DNA of 63,737 nt, counting the filler, from Octopus bimaculoides (lineage: Eukaryota): the NCBI RefSeq assembly GCF_001194135.2. It is 6 parts of 5 records of this genome, joined end to end, with 100 filler letters (N's around TTAATTAATTAA, not from the genome) between each part and the next. Parts side by side here need not be neighbours in the genome. Positions count along the whole stretch, not along the records: positions 20,066 to 42,566 come from NC_068986.1; positions 42,667 to 46,856 come from NC_068996.1; positions 46,957 to 55,582 come from NC_069000.1; 3 more parts are not named here. One strand, written 5' to 3'. Below, piece after piece: positions 37,405-50,915 of this stretch (position 1 is the first letter of the stretch; the number at the start of each line of letters is the position of its first letter). Made by a program: the position numbers and the translations under genes. The notes below the pieces were generated by a model. That model made no database searches and was not told the DNA's origin. It saw only the letters and a list, made by a program, of their open reading frames with translations.

Positions 37405-38359
37405 CTCAGAATAAGTATTATGTGAAAATCAGAAAAATATTTGCCGCTGATGTCTGAAATCAGCTGTGTGTGTTGTGTTGGAAAGATTTATCAACCAATC
37501 CCTGTGGTCTGAATGAGGTGTAGTTTCATTGTCCAACAAAAGAAATAAGAAAAAAAAAAAAAATAAATATCACCTGACAATAAATGGCCCACTTATAAAA
37601 AGACAATTTTTTTCTCCCACACATGTCAGAGTAACAGCTATTCATAGAACAATAACAGCTATAATATATATTAGCATTGTTTTTAGCACAGTTGAAACAA
37701 AAAAAAAAAAAATGAAATAAAAAAAAAAAACCTCTATTGTGCAACACACCTATTGAATGGCTGAAGAGAGACAAGTAAACAGCACCAAATTATTGCTGGA
37801 GTCACAACTGGATTTTTACAGCAGCAACTCCCCTTACCCACCAACCACCACCACCACCACAGTCATAAATGCACCCCCAACACTGCCACAACTGCTATAA
37901 ATGCTCCTCCAACACTGTCACAAAACTGGCATAACCCCTCCCTCGATATGACCACCAAACTACAGCCACACAAAGACAGTTAAACAGAAATCAATGAAAT
38001 AAAAAATCTCAACGCTACAGTTTGGTGACTAAGATGTCACATTGGTGACTAAGATGTCACATGTATTTGTGTGCCAATGACATCATTACTTCCAATATTG
38101 CCAGAGCTGCAAACAACAGTCTCCCTTCCTCTCTTGCACACGTACAAACACACACACACACAGATGTTCACTATGTCTTTCACACTCAAATCTTTCCATA
38201 TTTTACACCATTACTTCTCCTACCATTTCTCTTTCTATCACTTTCAACACCAATACTTGATTGCTGCATATCTCATTGAGTCATAGAACAATGCACGAAA
38301 AGCAGTCAACTTCATGGGTTTTGAACACAGAATGGTGATAATGATTATTCTTTTATTTG

Positions 38360-38722
38360 TTTCAGTCATTTGACTGTGGCCATGCTGGAGCACCGGCTTT
38401 AGTCGAATCAAATCGACCCCAGGACTTATGCTTTGTAAGCCTAGTACTTATTCTATTGGTCCCTTTTGCTAAACAGCTAAGATATGAGGATGTAATTACA
38501 TCAACATCAATTGTCAAGCAATAGAGGTGGGGGAGAAACAAAGACACACAAATACATACATATGACAGGCTTCTTCCAGTTTCCGTCTACCAAATCAACT
38601 CACAAGGCTTTGGTTGACCTGGGGCTATAGGAGAACACACCTGCCCAAGGTGCCATGCAGTGGGACTGAACCCGGAACCATGTGGTTGGGAAGCAAGCTT
38701 CTTACCACACAGCTACTCCTGC
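38360..38722 (-). mobile_element. CORE-type tRNA SINE, family A
   Basis: Reverse complement of the family A consensus. Confidence 0.88.
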
Positions 38723-38759
38723 AATAATGTGTGCGTGCGTGTAGATATATATATATATA

Positions 38760-39000
38760 CATCATCATCATCATCATCATCATCGTTTAACGTCCGCTTT
38801 CCATGCTAGCATGGGTTGGACGATTTGACTGAGGACTGGTGAAACCAGATGGCTGCACCAGGCTCCAATCTGATCTGGCAGAGTTTTTACAGCTGGATGC
38901 TCTTCCTAACGCCAATCACTCCAAGAGTGTAGTAGATGCTTTTACGTGCCACTGGCACGAAGGCCAGTCAGGCGGTACTGGCAACGGCCATGCTCAAAAT
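38760..39000 (-). mobile_element. RTE 3' UTR-type repeat, family C
   Basis: Reverse complement of family C with a (GAT)n tail. Confidence 0.85.
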
Positions 39001-39001
39001 A

Positions 39002-39050
<49 letters not shown>

Positions 39051-41452
39051 AACACACATGCATACATATATCCTCATCATCATCACTATTTTTTGCCTGC
39101 TTTCTATGCTGGCATCATGAGTTGGACAGTTAGATAGGATCCAACAAATCAGAGAGCCAGGACATGCTGCAGTGCCTCAGTTTCCACGGCTGGATGCTCC
39201 TCCAAAAACCAGTCACTTTACAGAGTAGGACCAGCACTACTGAGGCTACCTTGTAAGCTGCAAGACTAAAGAGCACCTTTGCCTGAGAGGCAGAACAGAA
39301 AATAGGGTGGCCACTTTATGTGAGGTATTGAAAGATTAATATATGATGGGGAAAAATGGGGACAGATTTGTTGTGGGTGAGATTCATGGCTACTTTACAT
39401 TTTACATGGGTGAGTGAGGATAGCTGGAATGATGCCACGAAAAGGAGGAAATATAGTAGCAATGTGACACCTGAACATACCATCATGATAACATGTCCAA
39501 GAAGGTGAATAGAGGAGAGTATGGAGACAGGAAAATCAACAGGAGTGGCTAAGGTTGCAAGAGTGCAGGAGGAGAGTAAAAGATGGATAGAAACATGGGG
39601 TGGAGGTGGTCAGATATATATAAGCGTCAATTTTGCCATTTTCTCCAGCTACCAAATCCACTTACAAGGCTTTAGTTGGCCCAAGGCTGTAGAAGACACT
39701 TGCCCAAGTTGCTATGCAGTGGGACTGAACCTGAAACTATGTGGTTGGGAAGCAAACTTCTTGCACTCAGTCATGCTCAACACATCCAGGCAGACATAAC
39801 ATTTTTAATAAAATAAATTTTAAAAATTTTAATATTACATTTTAAATCTTTGATAGTTTTCTAGTTATTCTTATTTTATTTCATCTAATTAGTGAGGGGC
39901 AGAAAAGAAGGAGAACATTGGGTAAAATGCCTTGTTATATTTAGTCACATCACCTCACATTCCAAAGTTCAAATCATACCAGGTTAATTTTGCCTCTTCT
40001 CCTACCAAAGGTCTTTACAGAATAATTCTCTTCATTTATGCCACCAATAGAAACCCTTGGATGTTAAAATTACATACAACCTCCTAGATTTCAATATGGC
40101 TGGCCACTCCTTGATAGATGTTTTTTTTATCAGGAGGAACCAAGCAGTTTGGTCAACACGTAAGCTATATTTAGTTCATGACTTATTCCTGCACACACAA
40201 ATGTATACACACACACACTTGTCATAAGAGGCTAAACTTCATGGAGGAAATGACAAAGGACTGCAACAAACAGCGAGACTTTGTTGTACATGACAAGATC
40301 CATCCAATCCATGAGAGCATACAGAAGTGGATGTAAAAGTGATGACAATTACAAAGAACACACACAAACATATACACATGTATGCATTTTCTCTTCTATT
40401 TTAATTATTTGAAATCTTCCAGTAAGGAAGAAGTTGGATTCTAGTAAAGATACAAATCTCCATAGTTGGGATGTAAAAAACAAAAACAAACTCACATTCT
40501 GAACTTGAGAAAAGTCTTGCATATTTTTGCTGTTCTGCTTACAGATTGTATCTGTAATGTCTCTGTTAGCTGGTTAATTTCAGTTTCTGAAAACCCCAGA
40601 CTATCACTTAGGCATTCATTCACAAAACCAAGTGCACCGATATATACAGGGTTGGCCCAAAGTCACCTGACAGTAAATCAAAACCATTTAATTCCAAGAT
40701 TTATGTTTAACAACTGAATGAATTTAATAAAAACATCTAAATATGAAACATGATGAAAATTGTTCAAACTGAAGTCCTTCTGGAGCAACACATTTTTCCA
40801 TTTGAGTCAATACAGAATTACAGATAGTATTTATGGAATTTTGATTTACTGTCAGATGACTTTTGGCCAACCCTATATACATATGTATGTGTGTCTGTGC
40901 ATGCGTCTGTGTGTGTATGCCAGAGGAGACCTACTGAGTCAAGTACATCAAAATCAAATGGAAATTGTAGTTGTGATCCCTGCACCAGTGGCACGTAAAA
41001 AGCACCCACTACACTCTCGGAGTGGTTGGCATTAGGAAGGGCATTCAGCTGTAGAAACACTGCCAGATCAGACTGGAGACTGGTGCAGCCTCCTGGCTTC
41101 CCAGACCCCAGTCAAACTGTCCAACCCATGCCAGCATGGAAAACGGACGTTAAATGATGATGATGATGATATATATATATATATATTACGGAGATGTACT
41201 TGCATAGCAAGTGACTTAATCCAAGATTGTATGCTGAAACAAAAACAATTGCAGCATGGAAAGTGTTTATAAGCCATTTAAAAACNNNNNNNNNNNNNNN
41301 NNNNNNNNNNNNNNNNNNNNNNNNNNNNNNNNNNNNNNNNNNNNNNNNNNNNNNNNNNNNNNNNNNNNNNNNNNNNNNNNNNNNNNNNNNNNNNNNNNNN
41401 NNNNNNNNNNNNNNNNNNNNNNNNNNNNNNNNNNNNNNNNNNNNNNNNNNNN

Positions 41453-41485
<33 letters not shown>

Positions 41486-42324
41486 TAATAATGCAGGCTT
41501 CTTTCAGTTTATGCCTTCTAAATTTACTCACAAGGCTTTGATCAGTCTATGGCTATAGTAGAAGATTTGCTCAAGGTGCCATGCACTTGGACTGAACCCA
41601 AGACCATATGGCTGTGAAGCAAACTTCTGAACCACACAGCCACACCTTCACATAAAGCACTTGTGGTAGGGTCACGTAAAAATGCCTGTGCAGCGACATG
41701 TAAAAGTGCCTGTATGGTTCCACATAAATGCACATGTGGTGCCACATAAAAGTATGCAGCATACTCTGTAAAGCGGTTGGTGTTAGGAACGACATCCGGC
41801 TGTAGAAACCATGGAAAATCAGACTGGAGTCTGGTGCGGCTACCCAGCTCTGGTCACACCATCCAACCCATGGTAACAGATGTTAAATAATGATGATGAT
41901 GATAAGGATTCTGATACATACTCACGGTGGTGCACCAGCATGACCGCAGCCACTTGGCTGAAACACATAAATAAATAAAAAAAAAAAATACATTCGTGCA
42001 CAATAAAAGTTGCCGGTTATAAACAGTGTTCTTGACAGTAATGTCAATAAATCATTTGTTCACTTCATGCCTTCAAAGACGTGTAAAATACAACATCCCT
42101 GACTTGAGAAGCGAATAAGGGTTTGCAACAAGAAGAGCATCTGGTTGTAAAACGACTCGATAATAAACTCTAACCCATGCTAGCATGGAAAAACATGTAA
42201 AAAAAGAAAATGAAATATTTATATTTCTATGCCATGGTTATATATGTGTATGTGAATATGTGTGTGTGTGTGTGTGTGTTCATATATGTATATCTATTTA
42301 CACACACACACACGCACATTTATG

Positions 42325-42361
<37 letters not shown>

Positions 42362-42399
42362 ATTTATATACTTATATATGTGTGTGTTGTATATGCATA

Positions 42400-42566
42400 G
42401 GTGCAGGAGTGGCTGTGTGGTAAGTAGCTTGCTTACCAACCACATGGTTCCGGGTTCAGTCCCACTGCGTGGCACCTTGGGCAAGTGTCTTCTACTATAG
42501 CCTCAGGCCGACCAAAGCCTTGTGAATGGATTTGGTAGATGGAAACTGAAAGAAGCCTGTCGTATA
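42400..42566 (+). mobile_element. Family A SINE 5' half, running into a gap
   Basis: GGTGCAGGAGTGGCTGTGTGG head and CORE-like motif. Confidence 0.88.
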
Positions 42567-42666
42567 NNNNNNNNNNNNNNNNNNNNNNNNNNNNNNNNNN
42601 NNNNNNNNNNTTAATTAATTAANNNNNNNNNNNNNNNNNNNNNNNNNNNNNNNNNNNNNNNNNNNN

Positions 42667-42710
<44 letters not shown>

Positions 42711-43699
42711 GTTCTGCAAACATCTTGCACATGGAAGTCAAAAGCTACCAGTCAAAAGCTCTGCGTACCAGAAGCCATCAAGTGTATGGGGTCATCAGGT
42801 GAGAATGCACACCGTTTTGGGGCCTACCTCACAACAGCATCATTGCACAACCCACCTCACTGACATAAGGCCCCACTTGCTAGATCAGCTGGTTATCGGA
42901 TATAGCTCAATGTTCTTCTAGCCATCACTCATCGTCTCTTTTTAACCAAATCCAGTGGCTGGCCTTCTCCACTGTAGTTTGGATATCAGGCATGGCGGTA
43001 TTTGCTTTATGATGAGGTAGGCCTAATGATAACAAGAGTCACCTGACTCTTTGTTCAGCAAATCCTCAACATCCAACTTTGATTGGAAAATGCTCTGTTT
43101 TCCAGCTTGCATATTCACATTCAAGGAGGTTTACATGACGATCAATCTTTCAAACCTGATTGGCATTCATGTTATCTTCATGAGGAACCATTAACTTGAC
43201 TTGATTCACCACATTATCTTCCTCTCTCAGATAAACACACTTATAGCAGTGGTCCTTCAGTTTCCCTAAGCCCTCTAAAAGAACATGAAAGGTTGGGCCT
43301 CTAGCCAGGCCTTTTCAAGCACCCTCTCATACACAATCACACACATACACTTACACATAATGGTATTAAACCTTTATACAATATTTATTAACTCAGAATA
43401 ATGTGTACTGAAGCAACAGTGGTAAGCTTCCAGTGAATTGAATCTCAATGATCAAGTTTCAATTCCTTCTAAAAGATTATTTCATTTACTTTTTTACTTT
43501 GTTTCAGTCATTTGATTGCATCCATGCTGGAGTACTGCCTTAAAGAAAAAACACTGGGAAAGATATCAATATCACAAACTCTTATATCCTAATTTCCTGA
43601 AGTTGAACAGAACTACTCACCCATTGTTGGATATTTCCACCAAACACATTGAAAAAAACTTTGATGTATTGTTATCACAATGTTTCAAACAGTTATCTC

Positions 43700-43950
43700 T
43701 AGAATTTGGTTTCTGAATCCAGCATATCAGGTCATCACATGCAGCCCTAGGGAGAAGACACATCAAAACTTGTGCACAGTAAACATGTACAGAGCACAGG
43801 TTTTGATGTGCACTGTACCTTGGTACCATGCTGTGGTACCAAGAAATATGGAACAAGGCATTTACCGCCAACCTGAAGGAGGACACAGGATTGGATTCCA
43901 TCCACAAACTGAGGGTAGCAATGATGGATTGAGATGTTTGATAAAATGGA
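43700..43950 (+). mobile_element. Degenerate RTE-like LINE 3' fragment related to 28161-28553
   Basis: FTANLKEDTGLDSIHKLRVAMMD parallels YTDNLLEDTGTEGVQGLRSIMED. Confidence 0.55.
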
Positions 43951-44352
43951 TTTGTCTTCAAGGATCAGGAGGGCATCCAGCCAAAATAAAGTACAGTAAA
44001 CAAATAGAAAATGATAATGTTACCAAACTGAAATGATATCTAGACAGTGGGGGGTCAATATGATCAGTTAAAAATCTTTGAAGCCATTGTCCCACCAAAG
44101 CTGCTGCCCAATGACCAAAACTGTTTCAGAATTGAATTAAAATTTATATTCCATGATGACTTAGCCTTGGACATTTTTACTGTTTCTGCTGTACAACAAT
44201 ATCAAGTAAATATCAAACTTGGTACATAAGTTCCGGCTGAATGATATTCTTGCAGTGTATGTAGACAATTAGACTCAGCTGAGGGAAGAAACCTGCTTCT
44301 GAGCTATTCAGACATGTACATTATATTAAATATACGGTCCATAATGAACTCG

Positions 44353-44565
44353 TAGAATCGTTAGTACGCCGGGCGAAATGCTTAACGGTATTTCGTCTGT
44401 CTTTACGTTCTGAGTTCAAATTCCACGGATGTCGATTTTGCCTTTCAGCCTTTCGGGGGTCGACAAATTAAGTACCAGTTGTGTACTGGGGTCAATGTAA
44501 TCGACTTAATCCCTTTCTCTATCCTATTTTTAGGCCCTTGTGGGCAATAAGGAAATAAATATTAT
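44353..44565 (+). mobile_element. Deu/Nin-domain SINE, family B
   Basis: Colinear with the family B consensus. Confidence 0.85.
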
Positions 44566-44837
44566 CATTCGTGCGGGTGACACGTAAAAGCACCCACTAC
44601 ACTCTCTGAGTGGTTGGCGTTAGGAAGGGCATCCAGCTGTAGAAACTCTTCCAAATTAGATTGGACCCTGGTGTTGCCATCCGGTTTCACCAGTCCTCAG
44701 TCAAATCGTCCAACCCATGCTAGCATGGAAGGCGGACGTTAAACGATGATGATGATGATGATGATGATGATATATATATATATATATATATATTTTTCAT
44801 TTCAAAGTTTCAGCTCAGAGCTGCGGCCATGCTGATG

Positions 44838-44904
<67 letters not shown>

Positions 44905-45038
44905 NNNNNNNNNNNNNNNNNNNNNNNNNNNNNNNNNNNNNNNNNNNNNNNNNNNNNNNNNNNNNNNNNNNNNNNNNNNNNNNNNNNNNNNNNNNNNNNN
45001 NNNNNNNNNNNNNNNNNNNNNATATATATATATATATA

Positions 45039-45410
45039 GGCGCAGGAGTGGCTGTGTGGTAAGTAGCTTGCTTACTAACCACATGATTCCAGGTTCATTC
45101 CCACTGCGTGGCACCTTGGGCAAGTGTCATCTATCATAGCTTCGGGCCGACCAAAGCCTTGTGAGTAGATTTAGTAGACAGAAACTGAAAGAAGCCCATC
45201 GTATATATGTATATATACATGTGTGTGTATATGTTTGTGTGTCTGTATTTGTCCCACCAACATCGCTTGACAACCAATGGTTCGGCAAAAGAGACAGATG
45301 GAGTAAGTACTAGGCTTCCAAAGAATAAGTCCTGGGGCTGATTTGCTCGACTAAAGGCGGTGCTCCAGCATGGCCGCAGTCAAATCACTGAAACAAGTAA
45401 ATGATAAAAG
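45039..45410 (+). mobile_element. CORE-type tRNA SINE, family A
   Basis: Full head with a small internal deletion. Confidence 0.9.
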
Positions 45411-45809
45411 AGAGAGATATACATAATTTTTTTTTTTCTTTTTATTGAAACTGAAACAGAGTTTGTCTTCCTGACTCTGAAATCTCCAAGCTACTGAAAT
45501 CTTCCAATGAGAATTGTTACAAATCACTATTGATGGCTGTATTTATACCCTTTGATCTAGTGTTTGTATTTCTTCATTGGATGGCTTCCCATGTTCTGGT
45601 AGCAGTCTATCCTTTTGTCTAGTGTTTGTTCATTGATTGGCATTTTATGTTTGGATAGTGTTTTACTGGCCTTTTCATTGGTTATTTTTTTTATTTTTGT
45701 GTCATGGTGTTTGTATTTGTTGCAGCTTTAGGTGAGAGAGTGTGTTAAACATTTGTTTAAGATCTGTTAGGGAGTTGGTGATGGGGCAAATTTTCTTCTT
45801 GTGTGTTTG

Positions 45810-45850
<41 letters not shown>

Positions 45851-46608
45851 GGCTTTAAATAAATGTTTTTGAGAAAGGTTGTTTATGAATGAATTATTTG
45901 AAAAAGTAATTAAAGACATATATCTATTAGCTATCTCCCAGATGAATGGTACTGTTCATGGTTGAGTGATTTGGAGGACTGTTTGTGATTAAAGTGAGTA
46001 AAAAAACATCTGTTCTTTTGTGGAATTTTGTTTCTTTTGTCTTGGAAAAGATGTGTGTGTGTGTGTGTGTAGGTATTTTCTTTAAAGGATTTTAATTTTT
46101 TTCAAGGAAATATTTGTGTGTGTGCATGTATGCCTGGCAGATTGTGGTCATCTGGCTTTTCTATGCTACTGTCTGAAAATGGGATAGGTGTTATTTTGCC
46201 AGTGGTCATAGAGCATAATAGTAAAAATCTAAATGAAAATCCATGTATGTGGGGGTGGAAGTTTGTTATGGAAGCCTATGAAACTAAAATAAATAATAAA
46301 GAAGTGAAACAAAAACAGGGCATGGGTTTATTGTTCATATAATGACCCTGCCAAGATATAACAAAATGTTTATAAGTCATTGTGTGTGTGTGTGTGTGTG
46401 GTGTGTACGTGCATGCATATATACATACTAACACACACATTCATACATACATATATGTTTGTGTACATACGTTCATATATACATACTTACACACACATAC
46501 AAGCATGTATACATACATGCGAGCATGCATTTATACAATGCCATCAGCAGAGAAGACTACCCTCTGCTATGAAATACATGCATATATATATATATATATA
46601 TATATATA

Positions 46609-46856
46609 AGCAATGTTAATTCTCTAAATGAAGTATTAACAGTAACTGCACGATAAAGTGTAGTATATTGCCACTTAAGTGTGGCTGACCCCTAGGGGTG
46701 GATGTTACTGTTGCTTTTAGCCCCAGGAGGACATCTCCTCCAGCTGGCTTATCGACACACGACTGTGTCCTGTTTGCCAAGGGAGTTATCCCTCTCACCT
46801 CGACCAGCAGCACGAACGTATCCGGATTTCAGGGTTATTTCCCTTCGTCGGCGTTC
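46609..46856 (-). mobile_element. Young repeat at a (TA)n site, probably a Penelope-like or retrozyme terminus; truncated by a gap
   Basis: 46609-46796 is identical to 63550-63737; both copies abut (TA)n with unrelated outer flanks; carries a hammerhead motif. Confidence 0.7.
46814..46856 (-). ncRNA. Minimal type I hammerhead ribozyme motif (U4C core variant)
   Basis: GAACG-CCGACGA-AGGG(AAATAA)CCCT-GAA-ATCCGGAT-A^CGTTC: stem I GAACG/CGTTC, stem II AGGG/CCCT, palindromic stem III ATCCGGAT, AUA cleavage triplet. Confidence 0.65.
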
Positions 46857-47106
46857 NNNNNNNNNNNNNNNNNNNNNNNNNNNNNNNNNNNNNNNNNNNN
46901 TTAATTAATTAANNNNNNNNNNNNNNNNNNNNNNNNNNNNNNNNNNNNNNNNNNNNAATAAAATGAGCTCTTAAAGCGCTTGTTTTTGCAGATAATTTTG
47001 CAATAATTTTGTATTTTATGTATTTTTAGTATTGTTAAAATAGTTAAATATACTAAAAAAAATTAAATTAAGCAAAATATTATTTTAGGGCACTTTTAAG
47101 AAGATA

Positions 47107-47323
47107 CGAATAGGTGCTGAAAACTTCCTGGCTTTGAGGGTGTCGCAGAAGGCCTGGTTGGAGGCCCAAACTTCCGTGGTCTTTTACAGGGCTTAGAAAA
47201 ACTGAAGGACCGCTGCAATAAGTGTGTGAATCAGAGAGGGGAATGTGCTGAATAAAATCACAATTAGCTGATCCTACTGTATTTTCTTTTACCAAAAGTC
47301 AGGAACTTTTCATCAACCCCTCG
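47107..47323 (+). mobile_element. Mariner-derived MITE
   Basis: TA flanks, imperfect TIRs (GGTGCTGAAAACTTCCTGGCTTT / AAAGTCAGGAACTTTTCATCAACC), internal QGLEKLKDRCNKCVNQRGECAE* mariner C-terminus. A left-end fragment also lies at 55230-55295. Confidence 0.8.
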
Positions 47324-48698
47324 TAAGTTAATAGGACTTCTAAATTTATTTACAATTTATTCATGTGAATTTCGTAAACAAAAATTCAATGTTTAACCTA
47401 AACGATCCTTTTTAAAATCTCTCGTTTTTTAAAACCTAGTAATCTTATTACAACCATCTCTCTTCAGCAAAATCTCAGCTTGAACTTCTATTTTATACCT
47501 TAACCTCATACTTTTCTTACCCCAACTTTTACCTTTTATATCTCTCACTGTCTATCAAGTTTCATACACAATTAAATTACAACTTCATCTCACTTACATC
47601 ATGTCTGCATTTCACTGTTTTATTTTCTTCTAAAATTACCTTTCTTGGCAGAGATGGAGTTTTTTAAAAACTTCCTACAAATAAAAGGATACGTCCTTTC
47701 TTCTTTCTATTTCTTGTTTCTTCTCCTGCTCCTAAATCTATTTCTATTTTGCATTTATTCATTAGTTTATTTATTTATATTTTTTCGACTTTACCCATTA
47801 TATTTTACAATATTAATATAACCTTTGGAAGTATTGTTTCATTCTTCAGCCTTGACAAAATTTTTGTCATAACAACGTTGTCGACTTTACCTTCCATTAT
47901 TTCGGGATCGGTAAAATAAGTACTAGTAAAGCACTGAAGTTGATGTAATCACCTTAGCCCTACCCCACTATTGCTGGCCTTGTGCCAAAATTTGAAATTA
48001 ATATTTGCTTACGTCAAGGCGGTAGGCCGCAGAATCGTTAGCTCGCTGGGCAGAATGCATTACACTATTTCGTCCGTCTTGACGTTCTAAATTCAAAATC
48101 TGCCGAGGTCGACTTTACCTCTAATACCAGTTAAGCATTGGGGTCGATGTAATCGACTTACCACCACTTCAACTACCACCACCACCACCACCACCACCTC
48201 ACACACCGATATTGCTGGTCGTGTAGGAAAACTTGAAACCGATATTCAGTTACGTTATTCTACGTTTTGTCTTACAAATCCCTTCCAAGTCCAGTTTGTC
48301 GTTCATATTTGTTACATATATGTTTCACTTTACCCGAAGCGTAACATATACGTACGCTTATCATCAGTATAAGTCCTGGAGTCGATGTATACTTGACCAT
48401 ACAATAGAAACCTCGCGGTTACGGCGCAATTTTTTAAACAAATGAAAGAATATACTAAAAACTACTATAGAATAACATATCAGTTACATTACAACCATGT
48501 GAGATGTAGTATATCAACTACTAATGTAGATTCCGACTGTTCAAATTAGACTATCAATTGTCATCGACTGACACACCTGACGCACTATATGGAATCTTTA
48601 AGTTTATTTAGTCAAGGTGAAATTTGAATAAAAAATGTCTGATCTTGTGTCATCAACAAGACTAAAACATAACTGCGACAGGCACAGAAAATAATATT

Positions 48699-49072
48699 AA
48701 CAAGAGTATTCAGAGAGCGCAAACCTCCGGCAAGGCAACACCAACGTCCTCTCAATGATTAACCGGGGATGATTTTTAAAATGAGAATATTGGAAATAAC
48801 CTTGACTGCTCTCACAAACGAGAATACTAAATATGAACTCGACTGCTCTCAAAATTTTGTAAAAGAAAAACAGAAAAAATAATCCAGAATCCTTGTCCGG
48901 TACCGGATCGATCTCAACGTCTGATCAGTTCGTGCCAGTCATGAGGCCAAACATCCTTGATATTTTCATCCGAATCCATCCAACGGTTATTGAGATATCT
49001 TATCAACGGACAGACAAACAAACAAACACGACTGAAAACAATACCTCCGCTTTCCCTTAGGCGGAGGTAAAA
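48699..49072 (-). mobile_element. Helentron-associated non-autonomous element (HINE/DINE-1-like)
   Basis: Minus strand begins TTTTACCTCCGCC-TAAGGGAAA-GCGGAGGT (subTIR plus inner IR), then a (GTTT/GTCT)n tract, and ends GCCGGAGGT-TTGCGCTCTCTGAATACTCTTGTT. Confidence 0.75.
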
Positions 49073-49702
49073 ATAATGGAAATTCTCTTCCTTGATCAGC
49101 ATTAGAACAATTTTTCATTCACGTTAATGAATTTGCTTCTCATTAGATAGATTATGCATGAATAAATCACAAAAGTGCTCGTGCTGAACCTTTCCATGAA
49201 CAGCGACAACCAGAAAAAGATTATAGAACGAAACCTGAATTATAGTTGTACATAGAAGTATGAAACTCTACTCCATTATATGGTACCTCTTTACAGCTAC
49301 GTGGACTTGACTTGGACACAACGAAGTACCGATAACACAATATGAACTGTTAGACTCATGACTCGTTGCTCCTCTGACTACTTAACTCTGTAGTCTGACA
49401 TACATACCTTCAATATTCCTCCACTCAGCCACAAACACAAATACACACACAACACAACATACAGATTCATAATGTTTGCATACATATATGTATACGCCTG
49501 TACATACATACACATATATACATACATAAATACTCTTCAGTAATTTATTTTTTCAGTAAGGAGGCTTGCAATAATAACAATATTCTTGAGATTTCTTACT
49601 CCAGGCCTACGTCGACGTTTGTCAACAGCCTACTTAACCGATGTTTTCAAGATTTGGTTACTGTATCAGAACCATGTTTGTGTCTATCAAGCACTTCGTT
49701 AT

Positions 49703-49749
<47 letters not shown>

Positions 49750-50051
49750 AATACTGACTCGCATATATACGTAAATACAGACACACACGCGCGCATACAC
49801 ACGCACGTACAGACGTACATACATAAATATAAGAGAGAGACTTTTGATTGTGTTTACTCAATAATGCTAACAATATCCTTACTCGCAAGGAATTGATTAG
49901 CCAGTAACTTTCTTAAATGCTATCAGAGACAGATAAATAAGACAGATTGCTTAATTGACAATGTGTTTGCTCTCTAATAAAAATAATAGATGATTGGTTT
50001 ACATTTTCTTCGCAGTATCGCTGAGTTGTTGTCGTTATTATTGTTATAGTG

Positions 50052-50239
50052 CTTCTTCTTCTTCTTCTTCTTCTTCTTCTTCTTCTTCTTCTTCTTCTTC
50101 TTCTTCTTCTTCTTCTTTTTCTTCTTTTTCTTCTTCTTCTGCTTCTTCTTCTTCTTTTTCTTCTTCTTCTTCTTCTTCTTCTTCTTCTTCTTTTTCTTCT
50201 TCATCTTCTTCTTCTTCTTCTTCTTCTTCTTCTTCTTCT
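50052..50239. repeat. (TTC)n microsatellite running into a gap; (ATT)n tracts at 50517-50610 and 50650-50725
   Basis: Direct reading; explains the poly-K/E/S/L ORFs in the track. Confidence 0.98.
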
Positions 50240-50515
50240 NNNNNNNNNNNNNNNNNNNNNNNNNNNNNNNNNNNNNNNNNNNNNNNNNNNNNNNNNNNNN
50301 NNNNNNNNNNNNNNNNNNNNNNNNNNNNNNNNNNNNNNNNNNNNNNNNNNNNNNNNNNNNNNNNNNNNNNNNNNNNNNNNNNNNNNNNNNNNNNNNNNNN
50401 NNNNNNNNNNNNNNGCCTTTCATCCTTTCTGGGTCTATAAAATAAGTACCAGTTGAGTGCTAGGTTGACGTAATCGACTGACCTTCTTCCTACAAACTGA
50501 TCACCTTGTCCTAAA

Positions 50516-50582
<67 letters not shown>

Positions 50583-50667
50583 TTATCATTATTATTATCA
50601 TTATCATTATTAAGCCAACAGTCCCTAGTCCCTTAGAATTTCAGGCCTCGCGCCTTCAGTAGAAAGG

Positions 50668-50709
<42 letters not shown>

Positions 50710-50726
50710 AATAATAATAATAATAT

Positions 50727-50915
50727 CGAGGCGGCGTGCTAGCGGAATCATTATCACGCCGGGCGAAATGCTTAGTGGTATTTCGTCTGCTGCTGCGTTC
50801 TGAGTTCAAATTCCGCGAAGGTCGGCTTTGCCTTTCATTCTTTCGTGGTCAATTAAATAAGTACCAGTTACGCGCTGGTTCGATGTAATCGATTTAATCC
50901 CTTCGCCTAAGTTTG
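50727..50915 (+). mobile_element. Deu/Nin-domain SINE, family B
   Basis: GAGGCGGCGTGCTAGCGGAATC...GAGTTCAAATTCC...GTCGGCTTTGCCTTTCATTCTTTC. Confidence 0.85.

Noticed and set aside
38022-38061. Exact 20-bp tandem duplication with a small hairpin (similar small duplications at 21941-22005, 12756-12910 and 15160-15520)
   Set aside because: Ordinary local slippage duplications with no further structure.
49974-50607. Long poly-K/E/S/L/I ORFs (also 31097-31295 and N-spanning ORFs at 41112-41558, 44810-45139, 56130-56772, 60097-60607)
   Set aside because: Translations of microsatellites and assembly gaps.
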